In this document: one piece after another, positions 56,881 through 64,000 of the stretch
How the letters are laid out: every line of letters begins with the position of its first letter
How positions within the stretch are numbered: position 1 is the first letter of the stretch
Assembly: GCA_020845475.1 (NCBI GenBank)
Contig: JADLFN010000072.1
Coordinates: 2,849-66,848 of the forward strand
Source: Planctomycetota bacterium
Lineage (GTDB): Bacteria; Planctomycetota; UBA8742; UBA2392
Direction: 5' to 3'
Length of the DNA stretch: 64,000 bases
Translations under genes and position numbers: made by a program
Notes under the pieces: model-generated
What the model saw: only the letters and a program-made list of their open reading frames with translations
What the model was told of the DNA's origin: nothing
Database searches by the model: none

Positions 56881-57408
56881 CTATTCGATGCGGCGAACCA
56901 CATGGTAGCCGTAGGTCAGCTTTTCCGGCGCAACCATCGTGATGCGCACCTTGCCGACGGCGGTTTCAAGGGCGGTGTCTTTGAATTCCTGCACCAGGCC
57001 CGCGCTCGGCGTCACGTCGTAAACGTTATGCACATTGCCGCTGTCCTCGTTGTACTGGACTTGCAACTCTTTCCAGACCTTGTCCTTGTCCGCGTCCGGG
57101 GCTGCGTTGTATTTCTGCCAGATTTCCTCGGCCAGCTTCTTGGCCTGCTCCTGGGTGCGATTGGGATCCTTCGGCTTGACGCTGCCCTTGCCTTTCCACG
57201 ACAGCAGAATGTGCGTGACTTTGGCCTTGGCCACGCGCGGGATCGCGTCGCGGGAGTGGTCGTAGGCGACATCCTTGGGATCGACGTTCATCTTCTCCGG
57301 GGGCGGAGTGTAATTGGGGTTCACCAGAATGATGCCCGCAAGCAGGCCCACGGCGATCGCTGAAAGAACAATTCCCAACCACGCTGTTGTGTTGCTTTTC
57401 TTGGCCAC
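56881..57408 (-). CDS. membrane-anchored parvulin-type peptidyl-prolyl cis-trans isomerase (PpiC family)
   Basis: THILLSWKGKG...YNEDSGN...TYGYHVVRRIE parvulin pattern; GTG start preceded by AGGAG RBS (track ORF extends further but would overlap upstream gene). Confidence 0.6.
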   Translation of the reverse strand: MAKKSNTTAWLGIVLSAIAVGLLAGIILVNPNYTPPPEKMNVDPKDVAYDHSRDAIPRVAKAKVTHILLSWKGKGSVKPKDPNRTQEQAKKLAEEIWQKYNAAPDADKDKVWKELQVQYNEDSGNVHNVYDVTPSAGLVQEFKDTALETAVGKVRITMVAPEKLTYGYHVVRRIE

Positions 57409-57421
57409 GGCGACTCCTGCC

Positions 57422-57724
57422 TTATGCTTTGAAAGTGCTCTCGAAGACTTCGTATTGCTCCAACACGGGATGGCCCGCGAACATGCCCGGGTGCCGCTTG
57501 GCGTGCCCCTTTGCAAACGCCTCGGATTTCGTCCAGGCCACGAAATCCGCCTCACTTCTCCAGCGCGACATGGAAATGAACGCGCCCGCCCCCACCGGCT
57601 TGAGCACATCGAGACCCAGGAAACCCGGCACGCCGTCAATGGCCTTGGCGCGACCCGAGAACGCCTCCACGAAATCCTGCTCGCGGCCCGGCGTCACGGT
57701 GAAGCGATTCATAACGATAAACAT
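57422..57724 (-). CDS. antibiotic-biosynthesis-monooxygenase (ABM) domain protein
   Basis: C-terminal 100 aa of track ORF starting MFIVMNRFTV...; typical ABM length and pattern. Confidence 0.6.
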   Translation of the reverse strand: MFIVMNRFTVTPGREQDFVEAFSGRAKAIDGVPGFLGLDVLKPVGAGAFISMSRWRSEADFVAWTKSEAFAKGHAKRHPGMFAGHPVLEQYEVFESTFKA

Positions 57725-57766
57725 GGCGGCCTCGTTTCCGTGCGGCAAGCTCGATACTCTAAGAGC

Positions 57767-58099
57767 ATGATTCCCGCAATCCAGAGGCTGACTCAAGAGA
57801 TGGGATGGCGCGAGTTCGCCGACGCGCCCGGCGTAAGCTACAAAACGCTGCGCAAGGGCGAGGATGGCTCTTTGACTTTGCTGCTGAAATTCGCACCCGG
57901 CGCGGCTTACCACGCGCACCGCCACCCCGCCGGTGAGGAATATTTCGTGATCGAGGGTGAGCTGGAAGATCTTGGCAGGGCGTGGCCCGCTGGCAGCTAC
58001 CTTTGGCATCCGCCGCAAAGCGCGCACAGGCCTCGCAGCGGCAAGGGCGCCGTGGTGCTTGTGGTATTGCCAAAGCCGGTGGAGCTGCTGAAGATTTAA
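57767..58099 (+). CDS. cupin domain protein
   Basis: ...HRHPAGEEYFVIEGELED... cupin motif; start trimmed to MIPAIQRL. Confidence 0.55.
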   Translation: MIPAIQRLTQEMGWREFADAPGVSYKTLRKGEDGSLTLLLKFAPGAAYHAHRHPAGEEYFVIEGELEDLGRAWPAGSYLWHPPQSAHRPRSGKGAVVLVVLPKPVELLKI

Positions 58100-58350
58100 A
58101 AAAGGCGAGTCTTGTCGCTGTTGTTGGCTTTGTTCTGGTTGCGCACCTGCTCCCACGAAGCCACGTTGAGTGCCGACGCCAGTACCGAGAGCACTTCGCC
58201 GGTGGCCGATAGCCGCACCAGGCAGTTCCCCTGTTCGTTTACGCCTAGCAACTGGCCGCACTCACCCGACTTCTCCAACGTGACGTTCTGCCCCACAACC
58301 AGCTTGACACCCTTCTTGTCCAAGACGCGCGTCGTTGTTTTGGCTGTCAT
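58096..58350 (-). CDS. hypothetical small protein
   Basis: 84-aa ORF, 4-nt overlap with cupin gene end. Confidence 0.35.
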   Translation of the reverse strand: MTAKTTTRVLDKKGVKLVVGQNVTLEKSGECGQLLGVNEQGNCLVRLSATGEVLSVLASALNVASWEQVRNQNKANNSDKTRLF

Positions 58351-58476
58351 TGCAAGCCCCAGAAATCGCCCTTACAGCCGCCCGTTATGACCACCTGGTC
58401 ATATTCGTACCCCGTGCCACAGTGCTTGTCAAATCCTTACCACGTGAAAACTTGCAAATTGTTCGCGTGTAACGCC

Positions 58477-59889
58477 TTACGCGCCGAGGTTTGCGATATT
58501 GCTCACTTCGCTTCGATTGCCCGCGAAGTCGTAGGCTTGAACTCTGTAGGCGTAACTTATGCCCGGAATGGCACCGGCATCGTGGTACTGCGTGATGCCA
58601 CTGGGCAATGCACTCAATCGGCGCCATTGGCCAAGTTCCTCCCGCCACACGTCGTAGCCATACACGGCTTCGTTGTCTGTCGCAGGGTTCCAGTGCAGCA
58701 CGACGCGTCCGTGTTCACGCGCGGCGCTGAGCGAAGCTCCTTCTGCGGGCCACACGGGCGCAACACTGTCGTCGCTCTGCGGCGCTTGCTTTGCGCCCTT
58801 GGGCCAGAGAAAGCAACTCACTGTCTGAAAGTGTTCATCTCTGGCTTTGCACACGTTGGCGTAGCAACAGCGAATGACTTTGTCGAAACGTCCCTCGCGC
58901 GTTTTTTTCGGCCACATCGGGTCGGCGAGAATCGGTCGCGCAATCCCAATTAAGTCGGCGTGTCCCTCGCGAAGCACCCGTTCGGCCAGTTCCGGCGTGC
59001 CGATTTTTCCAGTGGCAAGAACGGGCGTTTTCACACCGTGCGCGCGCAGGTAGGCCTTCACGCCTTCCGCCATGTACAGGTTGGCGCCATCGGGATAGCT
59101 CGCGCCGGGCATGGTGCGCTCGCCGGAGTATCCCGTGTAGGGATAGAGCGGTTCCCCTTCACGCGCCTGGGCGTCCTCAAACTTGCCGCCCGCCGACAGC
59201 GAAAGCCAGTCGGCGCCGACCTGCGCGAGCCTCAATGCAATGGCGCGGCTTTCCTCCACTGTGTAGCCGCCTTTGATGCACTCGTCGGCGTCGAAGCGAA
59301 TGCCGACTGCAAAATCGCGCCCCACGGCCGCGCGCACTGCCGCGAGCACTTCAAGCGGCGCGCGCAGGCGATTTTCGAGCGAGCCGCCGTAATCGTCGCG
59401 CCGCGCGTTGAGCCGCGATAGAAAACTCGAAAGCGTGTACGCGTGAGCCATGTGCAGCTCAACGGCGTCAAAGCCGCACTCTCGCGCACGAAGCGCGGCC
59501 TGCGCATACTCGCGCACGATCTGCTTGATGTCGCCGATGCTTAGATCGCTAACTTTCTGTCGCCAGCCCGATCGTGATATCTTCAGGAAGTGAATGATTT
59601 GCGGTGCGACTTTGCTGGGTGAGATAGCGTGCATTTTTCGCGCCAACTCACTCAAGCCCGGCTTGAATTCATCGCCGCAGATGCGCAAAAGCGGGCCAGA
59701 CTTGCTGCGGTGCACGGCCATCGCTTCAACCACGATCAAACCCGCCTCACCGCGCGCAAATGCCATGTAGCGGTCAGTGATATCCGCGTTAACGAACCCG
59801 TCTTCGCCGCACAGTCGCGTCACCATCGCCGGCACGCAAATGCGATTGGGAAGCGTGAGGCCGTTGAGGGTAAGGGGATCGAAGAGCAT
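58477..59889 (-). CDS. NADH:flavin oxidoreductase (Old Yellow Enzyme family) with C-terminal fibronectin type III-like domain
   Basis: MLFDPLTLNGLTLPNRICVPAM OYE N-terminus, TIM-barrel motifs; C-terminal ~100 aa ...VLHWNPATDNEAVYGYDVWRE...YAYRVQAYDFAGNRS FN3-like. Confidence 0.7.
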   Translation of the reverse strand: MLFDPLTLNGLTLPNRICVPAMVTRLCGEDGFVNADITDRYMAFARGEAGLIVVEAMAVHRSKSGPLLRICGDEFKPGLSELARKMHAISPSKVAPQIIHFLKISRSGWRQKVSDLSIGDIKQIVREYAQAALRARECGFDAVELHMAHAYTLSSFLSRLNARRDDYGGSLENRLRAPLEVLAAVRAAVGRDFAVGIRFDADECIKGGYTVEESRAIALRLAQVGADWLSLSAGGKFEDAQAREGEPLYPYTGYSGERTMPGASYPDGANLYMAEGVKAYLRAHGVKTPVLATGKIGTPELAERVLREGHADLIGIARPILADPMWPKKTREGRFDKVIRCCYANVCKARDEHFQTVSCFLWPKGAKQAPQSDDSVAPVWPAEGASLSAAREHGRVVLHWNPATDNEAVYGYDVWREELGQWRRLSALPSGITQYHDAGAIPGISYAYRVQAYDFAGNRSEVSNIANLGA

Positions 59890-60038
59890 GAGGATTTGAA
59901 CGCAAAACGATAAACGCAAAACGCAAAAGGAATACTCCAGTAAGACGAGGTGCACGGTGCGTGGTAGGACGACAGTCAACCAGCCAAACGAAACGGGCTG
60001 ATACTTTTGCGTTTAACCTTTTGCGTCTTGCGTTGCCG

Positions 60039-60413
60039 TCAGGCTCCTCCCACCGGGTTCACTTTGCCGCTGTCTTTGGGGAGCATGGGGTGCATGCGCA
60101 GGCGCTCGACGGGCTTGCCGTTGACCAGGTGGCTCTGCACGATTTCGTCCACGTCGGCCACGGCCACGCGCTGGTACCAGACTGCCTCGGGGTACACCAC
60201 GACACTCACGCCCGTTTCGCAGGTGTCCAGGCAGCCGCACTTCTGCGCGCGGATCTTGGGCTTGAGCTTCATTTGATCGACGAGATCCTTGAAGCGCTGC
60301 AACACCTGCTCGGCGCCGCGCGCTTTGCATGAGCCGCGCGGATTGTCGGCCGGACGCTCATTCGTGCAGATGAACACATGACGCTCATAGGGCGGATACT
60401 GGGGCATGGTCAC
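60039..60413 (-). CDS. thioredoxin-like [2Fe-2S] ferredoxin domain protein
   Basis: HVFICTNERP...C...CGCLDTC cysteine pattern. Confidence 0.65.
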   Translation of the reverse strand: MTMPQYPPYERHVFICTNERPADNPRGSCKARGAEQVLQRFKDLVDQMKLKPKIRAQKCGCLDTCETGVSVVVYPEAVWYQRVAVADVDEIVQSHLVNGKPVERLRMHPMLPKDSGKVNPVGGA

Positions 60414-61534
60414 TCCTCTAGCATGTCGCGGGCAACAACCAGTTGCTGCACTTCGCTTGCGCCTTCATAAATGCGCAGCGGGCGGATTTCGCGGTACAGG
60501 CGCTCAAAGATGCTGCCGCGCAGCACACCCTTGCCGCCGGCGAACTGCAGCGCCTGGTCGATGATCCACTGGGCGTTTTCCGTGGCCTGCCATTTGGCCA
60601 GCGCGATCTCGCGCGGGGCGCGCCCTTCCTTGGCATGATCCATGGCCCACGCGGCGCGGTAAACCAACAGTCTTGACGCGTCAAGACGTGCCTGCATCTC
60701 CGCCAATTTAGCCTGCGCCAGCGGCTGCTCGGCCAGTGTGCTGCCAAACATCTTGCGCGACTTGCAATGTGCCAGCGCCTCATCCAGCGCACGCTTTGCA
60801 AAGCCGCACGCCGCGGCCCCCACCGTAGCGCGGCATCGCTCCAGCGTCATCAAGGCAAGCTTGAGACCTTCGCCTTCGCTGCCGAGCCTTGCCGAAGTGG
60901 GCACTTGCACTTCTTTGAAGCGCACAATACCCAGCGGGTGTGGTGCGCTGGGCGTTTGTTTCTCGACGCTGAGGCCTGGCGCTTTCGCATCCACGATGAA
61001 CGCGGAAATGCCCTTTTTGCCATCGCCGGTGCGCGCAAACACTGAGTAGTAATCGGCCACGCCCGCGTTGGTGATCAGGTGCTTGGTGCCGGTGATGCGG
61101 TAGCCATTGTCGTGGCGCGCGACCGTGCTCAACGCGGCTACATCAGATCCCGCCTCGGGCTCGGAAAGCGCGAGCGCCATGCAAGCCTCGCCATTGGCAA
61201 CTTTTGGCAGGATCACGCTCTTGGTGGACTCGCTGCCCATGAGCTGCACCGGCAGCGAGCCAAGCAGCTGCATCACATAGGCCAGATCAGCCATGCCGCT
61301 GTGGTAAGCCAGCGTCTCGCGCGCGAGCACATTCACGGTCAGGCTGTAGGGCTGCGCCACCGTGTGTTTGAGCGTGCCCCAACTCGCGAGGGTGGTCAGC
61401 GCCGAGCGCAGCGCCAGGGCGTCGTCGGCGTCGGGGTCAGCCCAGCGCTGCGCACGTGCTCTCGCGTCCAGGTCACGCACAAAGGCGCGATCGGCGTCGG
61501 AGAACAGCGGAAGTTGCAGCAGGTCGCTATCCAA
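60410..61534 (-). CDS. acyl-CoA dehydrogenase
   Basis: ACAD motifs (..[11 protein letters not shown].., ..IYEGASEVQ..); TTG start chosen (GGGAG RBS, 2 nt after upstream stop) because track ORF N-terminus would overlap enoyl-CoA hydratase by 118 nt. Confidence 0.8.
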   Translation of the reverse strand: MDSDLLQLPLFSDADRAFVRDLDARARAQRWADPDADDALALRSALTTLASWGTLKHTVAQPYSLTVNVLARETLAYHSGMADLAYVMQLLGSLPVQLMGSESTKSVILPKVANGEACMALALSEPEAGSDVAALSTVARHDNGYRITGTKHLITNAGVADYYSVFARTGDGKKGISAFIVDAKAPGLSVEKQTPSAPHPLGIVRFKEVQVPTSARLGSEGEGLKLALMTLERCRATVGAAACGFAKRALDEALAHCKSRKMFGSTLAEQPLAQAKLAEMQARLDASRLLVYRAAWAMDHAKEGRAPREIALAKWQATENAQWIIDQALQFAGGKGVLRGSIFERLYREIRPLRIYEGASEVQQLVVARDMLEE

Positions 61535-62315
61535 ACTTCGGCTCCCGCTTTTCCTTCCAGGCGTTGTAGCTTTCTTTGAAATCCGGGTGCTGCATGCAGA
61601 TGGCCTGTGCCTGCGCTTCCGCTTCGAGCGCGGTTTCCAGGTCAAAGCTCATGGCCTTGTTGAGCAGTTCCTTGGTGATGGCGATGCCAAAAGCCGGGCC
61701 CTTGTTCAGTTTTTGCGCCACTTCGTTTGCGCGCGTCATCAAGTGCTCTTGAGTGACCACTTCGTTGTAAAGGCCGATCCTTGCCGCTTCCTGCGCCGAA
61801 ATGAAATCGCCCAGCATCAGCAGCTCTGTGGCCTTGGTCAAACCCACCACGCGCGGCAGCAGGAAACACGCGCCCATGTCCGCACCGCTGAGCCCTACTT
61901 TCGTGAACAGAAACGCACACTTGGCGCTTTCGCTGGCGATACGCATATCGCAGGCCAGTGCGATAGCCGCGCCGGCGCCGCAGGTGGTGCCGTTGAGCGC
62001 GCCTATGATTGGCTTGCGCAGCGTGCGCATGGAGCGGATCAGGTCGACCGTCAGGCGCGTGAAATCCAGCAGCCCCTTCATGTCGCGCGCGAATAACTCG
62101 CCAATGATGTCCTCGACGTCGCCGCCGCTGCAAAAGGCGCGGCCCGAGCCGGTGATCACCACGGCGCGGCAGGATTCACGCGTGGCGAGATGGCGAAAGA
62201 AGGCAGCCAGCTCCGCGTAAATGGCAAACGTCAGCGCGTTGAGGCGCTCGGGGCGGTTGAGCGTGATCGTGCCCACGCCGTCTTGTTCGGAGTAAAGAAA
62301 GCCTTTCGGTGTCAC
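61527..62315 (-). CDS. enoyl-CoA hydratase/isomerase (crotonase family)
   Basis: ITLNRPERLNAL...FCSGGD...GAGAAIALACD motifs. Confidence 0.85.
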   Translation of the reverse strand: MTPKGFLYSEQDGVGTITLNRPERLNALTFAIYAELAAFFRHLATRESCRAVVITGSGRAFCSGGDVEDIIGELFARDMKGLLDFTRLTVDLIRSMRTLRKPIIGALNGTTCGAGAAIALACDMRIASESAKCAFLFTKVGLSGADMGACFLLPRVVGLTKATELLMLGDFISAQEAARIGLYNEVVTQEHLMTRANEVAQKLNKGPAFGIAITKELLNKAMSFDLETALEAEAQAQAICMQHPDFKESYNAWKEKREPKFG

Positions 62316-62469
62316 GCCTGCTCCCGCCTGTTCTGCATGGGTGAGGCCAAAAAGGATGGATACTGAGCCAACATTTGACTGACGAAATCCGAAAACAGGA
62401 CGAGCGAGCCAAAGTTCTTGGAAACGCCTAAATTATGTTTCATGGACCCTACTGTTCTGAACAACTCGC

Positions 62470-62784
62470 TTATTGCCTCTGATTACGCTTCGATTCCGTT
62501 CGTCCGGGAAACTCGAACGCAACAGAAATTACGCAACAGACGAGGGCTAACGCACCGACAAGAACGCCAACTATGTGTATGTACAACTTCTCGAAATTCG
62601 AACCCAGGACAAACAATCCAATCGAAATCAGCCCCAACAAGAGCCCTACAAGCAGGAATTCCGGAGTTGACTTCATTAGGTACTCACAAGCTATTCGGCC
62701 GGTAGAGAGCGAATTGCGTATGCCGCCAATGTCGCCGAATGTCCCCGCTCCAGCACAAGCTGATCGCAGCCGGGGCTGAATCAA
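62470..62784 (-). CDS. small membrane protein in lower-GC islet (possibly 68 aa from internal MKSTPEF at 62676)
   Basis: two predicted TM helices; local GC ~50% vs ~65% surroundings. Confidence 0.4.
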   Translation of the reverse strand: MIQPRLRSACAGAGTFGDIGGIRNSLSTGRIACEYLMKSTPEFLLVGLLLGLISIGLFVLGSNFEKLYIHIVGVLVGALALVCCVISVAFEFPGRTESKRNQRQ

Positions 62785-63293
62785 TGGTGATCGGAGTCGT
62801 GGCTGTGGTCAAAACCCGCGTCGAGATGTTTGCGCAGGTCGGCCAGCCCCACGCGCAGCATGTCCACGGTTTCGGGTTTCAGCCCGCTGAAAATCTTCAC
62901 CAGGTCGCGCTCGTGCTGGGGGATGATCTCGGCGCATGTTTCCTGGCCCTTGGGCGTCAGCTTGATGAATGTTTCGCGCCGATCCTTGGGGTTGATCTCG
63001 CGCCGCACCAGCCCTTGCTGCTCAAGCCGGTCAATAATGCCCGTAAGGTTGCCCGCCGTAACGAGCAACTTCTTTGAAAGCTCAGAGAACGTCAGCCCTG
63101 TTGCCTCAGAGCGCTTGAGCTGCGAAAGCACGTCAAACTGCGGCAGCGTGCGTTCTTCTTTCAGGCTTGCGCGCACTTCTCGCAGCGCAAGGTTGTAGCA
63201 CTTTGCCAGTCTAAGCCACATGCCAACCAATGCTCGCTCGGCCGGCTGGAGAACCAGTTGGCCGTGCGCCTGTGTGTCGGATTGCTGTTTCAA
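62781..63293 (-). CDS. MarR-family transcriptional regulator
   Basis: winged-helix region ...LTFSELSKKLLVTAGNLTGIIDRLEQQGLVRREINPKDRRE... Confidence 0.8.
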   Translation of the reverse strand: MKQQSDTQAHGQLVLQPAERALVGMWLRLAKCYNLALREVRASLKEERTLPQFDVLSQLKRSEATGLTFSELSKKLLVTAGNLTGIIDRLEQQGLVRREINPKDRRETFIKLTPKGQETCAEIIPQHERDLVKIFSGLKPETVDMLRVGLADLRKHLDAGFDHSHDSDHH

Positions 63294-63303
63294 GGTGTCC
63301 CCT

Positions 63304-63753
63304 CTAGTCTGGTACTACGCCCGTTGCTTCAACTTCAATAACGCCGCCTTCTTCCAGCAGCCCCTTCACTTCCACCAGCGACATGGCCGGATAGTGCGCA
63401 CCCATGACATCGCGCCAGGCGCGCCCAAGCTCGCTTCGCGCCGCCAAGTATGCCTCCTTGTCGATCACGTAAAGCGTCATACGCCCAATGAACTCAACAT
63501 CGCTGCCGGCCGCTCGCGCGCAGGCCACGATGTTCTTCAACGCCTGCCGGAACTGGCCAACGATTTCCGGACTGACCATTTTCTCGCTCTCGTCCCAGCC
63601 CACCATGCCCGCGATAAACAGCGGCCGACCGTGCGGCAACACCACCACGTTGGAATAGCCCTTGGGACGCGGCCAGCCATCGGGCGTGAAAATGTCCGTG
63701 CTTTCTTCAACGTCGTCGTCGGGGCGCTTGCCTGGCACGCTATTTCCTTTCAA
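63304..63753 (-). CDS. ridA: RidA/YjgF/endoribonuclease L-PSP family protein
   Basis: YjgF-fold similarity, ...MTLYVIDKEAY...LVEVKGLLE... Confidence 0.7.
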   Translation of the reverse strand: MKGNSVPGKRPDDDVEESTDIFTPDGWPRPKGYSNVVVLPHGRPLFIAGMVGWDESEKMVSPEIVGQFRQALKNIVACARAAGSDVEFIGRMTLYVIDKEAYLAARSELGRAWRDVMGAHYPAMSLVEVKGLLEEGGVIEVEATGVVPD

Positions 63754-64000
63754 TGCTCGATCTCGCCGCCGTCAATGGTCAATGCCTGGCCATTGATGCC
63801 TTGGGCGTCATCGCTCAGAACAAACCGCACCAGCTTGGCGACCTCGCCTGGCTCAAACACGCGATTCTGCGGGCTGAGCGCCGCGAGCTTCTGCTGCGCG
63901 CCCGCTTTGTCGAGCTTGGCCTTGGACGCAATGTTCTCCAGCGTTTGCTCAAACATTTCCGTGCGCACATAGCCGGGGCAGACCGCGTTGAACGTGATGC
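63750..64000 (-). CDS. short-chain dehydrogenase/reductase (SDR), 3' part only; gene continues beyond window end
   Basis: C-terminal SDR tail ...VRFVLSDDAQGINGQALTIDGG... Confidence 0.6.
   Translation of the reverse strand, partial: ITFNAVCPGYVRTEMFEQTLENIASKAKLDKAGAQQKLAALSPQNRVFEPGEVAKLVRFVLSDDAQGINGQALTIDGGEIEH

Noticed and set aside
1-64000. CRISPR arrays, IS elements, integrases, rRNA genes
   Set aside because: No direct-repeat/spacer periodicity, transposase or integrase motifs, or rRNA-like conserved stretches were seen anywhere in the window.

Overview
This 64 kb window is high-GC (about 63-65%) bacterial chromosome that is densely coding, mostly on the minus strand. The gene content weakly suggests a Planctomycetota-like organism: many secreted TPR proteins and lipoproteins, a prenyltransferase/squalene-oxidase-repeat protein, and GroEL with a GGM tail. 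That taxonomic guess is inference only.

Housekeeping genes I can recognise:
- Chaperones and central metabolism: groES-groEL, pgk, rpe.
- Histidine biosynthesis block hisH-hisA-hisA'-hisF-hisIE.
- DNA repair: family-4 uracil-DNA glycosylase, 3-methyladenine glycosylase.
- Cofactor and small-molecule metabolism: coaB, ansA, ltaE, ino1, ThiF/MoeB.
- Lipid synthesis: two CDP-alcohol phosphatidyltransferases.
- Redox and electron transfer: di-haem cytochrome c peroxidase, a lone nuoD.
- Fatty-acid-type enzymes: acyl-CoA dehydrogenase, enoyl-CoA hydratase.
- Regulators and others: marR, ridA, tRNA-Val(TAC).

The strongest candidate for an undescribed system is a ~17 kb co-directional minus-strand locus at 4.4-21 kb. 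It encodes a PilM-PilN fusion, a bitopic coiled-coil protein in the PilO position, a bitopic protein with four EF-hand Ca-binding loops, and a TPR-extended secretin followed by a hairpin terminator. These are followed by two giant secreted TPR proteins and an ExbB gene with three ExbD paralogs that share a near-identical TM helix. No PilB/PilT/GspE ATPase, PilC platform or pilin gene lies in the locus, so it looks like a secretin machine coupled to a proton-motive-force motor rather than to an ATPase.

Other notable items:
- Four tandem small pilin-like paralogs (40.2-42.2 kb) with a conserved SEARAALGAMKDRARV juxtamembrane motif, C-terminal cysteine pairs and an FNR end.
- A glutathione peroxidase with an in-frame TGA at the catalytic position and a SECIS-like GGUCU hairpin downstream, consistent with a selenoprotein.
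- A HisI-HisE-SpoT/RelA-HD (small alarmone hydrolase) tri-domain fusion, plus a tandem hisA duplication.
- A vapBC toxin-antitoxin pair flanked by a ~130 bp direct duplication of the 3' end of an ATP-grasp gene.
- A 28 bp perfect-palindrome REP-like family, GTAGGGGCGAC..GTCGCCCCTAC, present four times at gene ends.
- A lower-GC islet carrying a small membrane protein.

Coordinates of trimmed starts come from the ORF track. My own base indexing of the printed sequence disagreed with the track by 1-2 nt in a few places, so treat exact ends of non-CDS features as plus or minus 2 nt.
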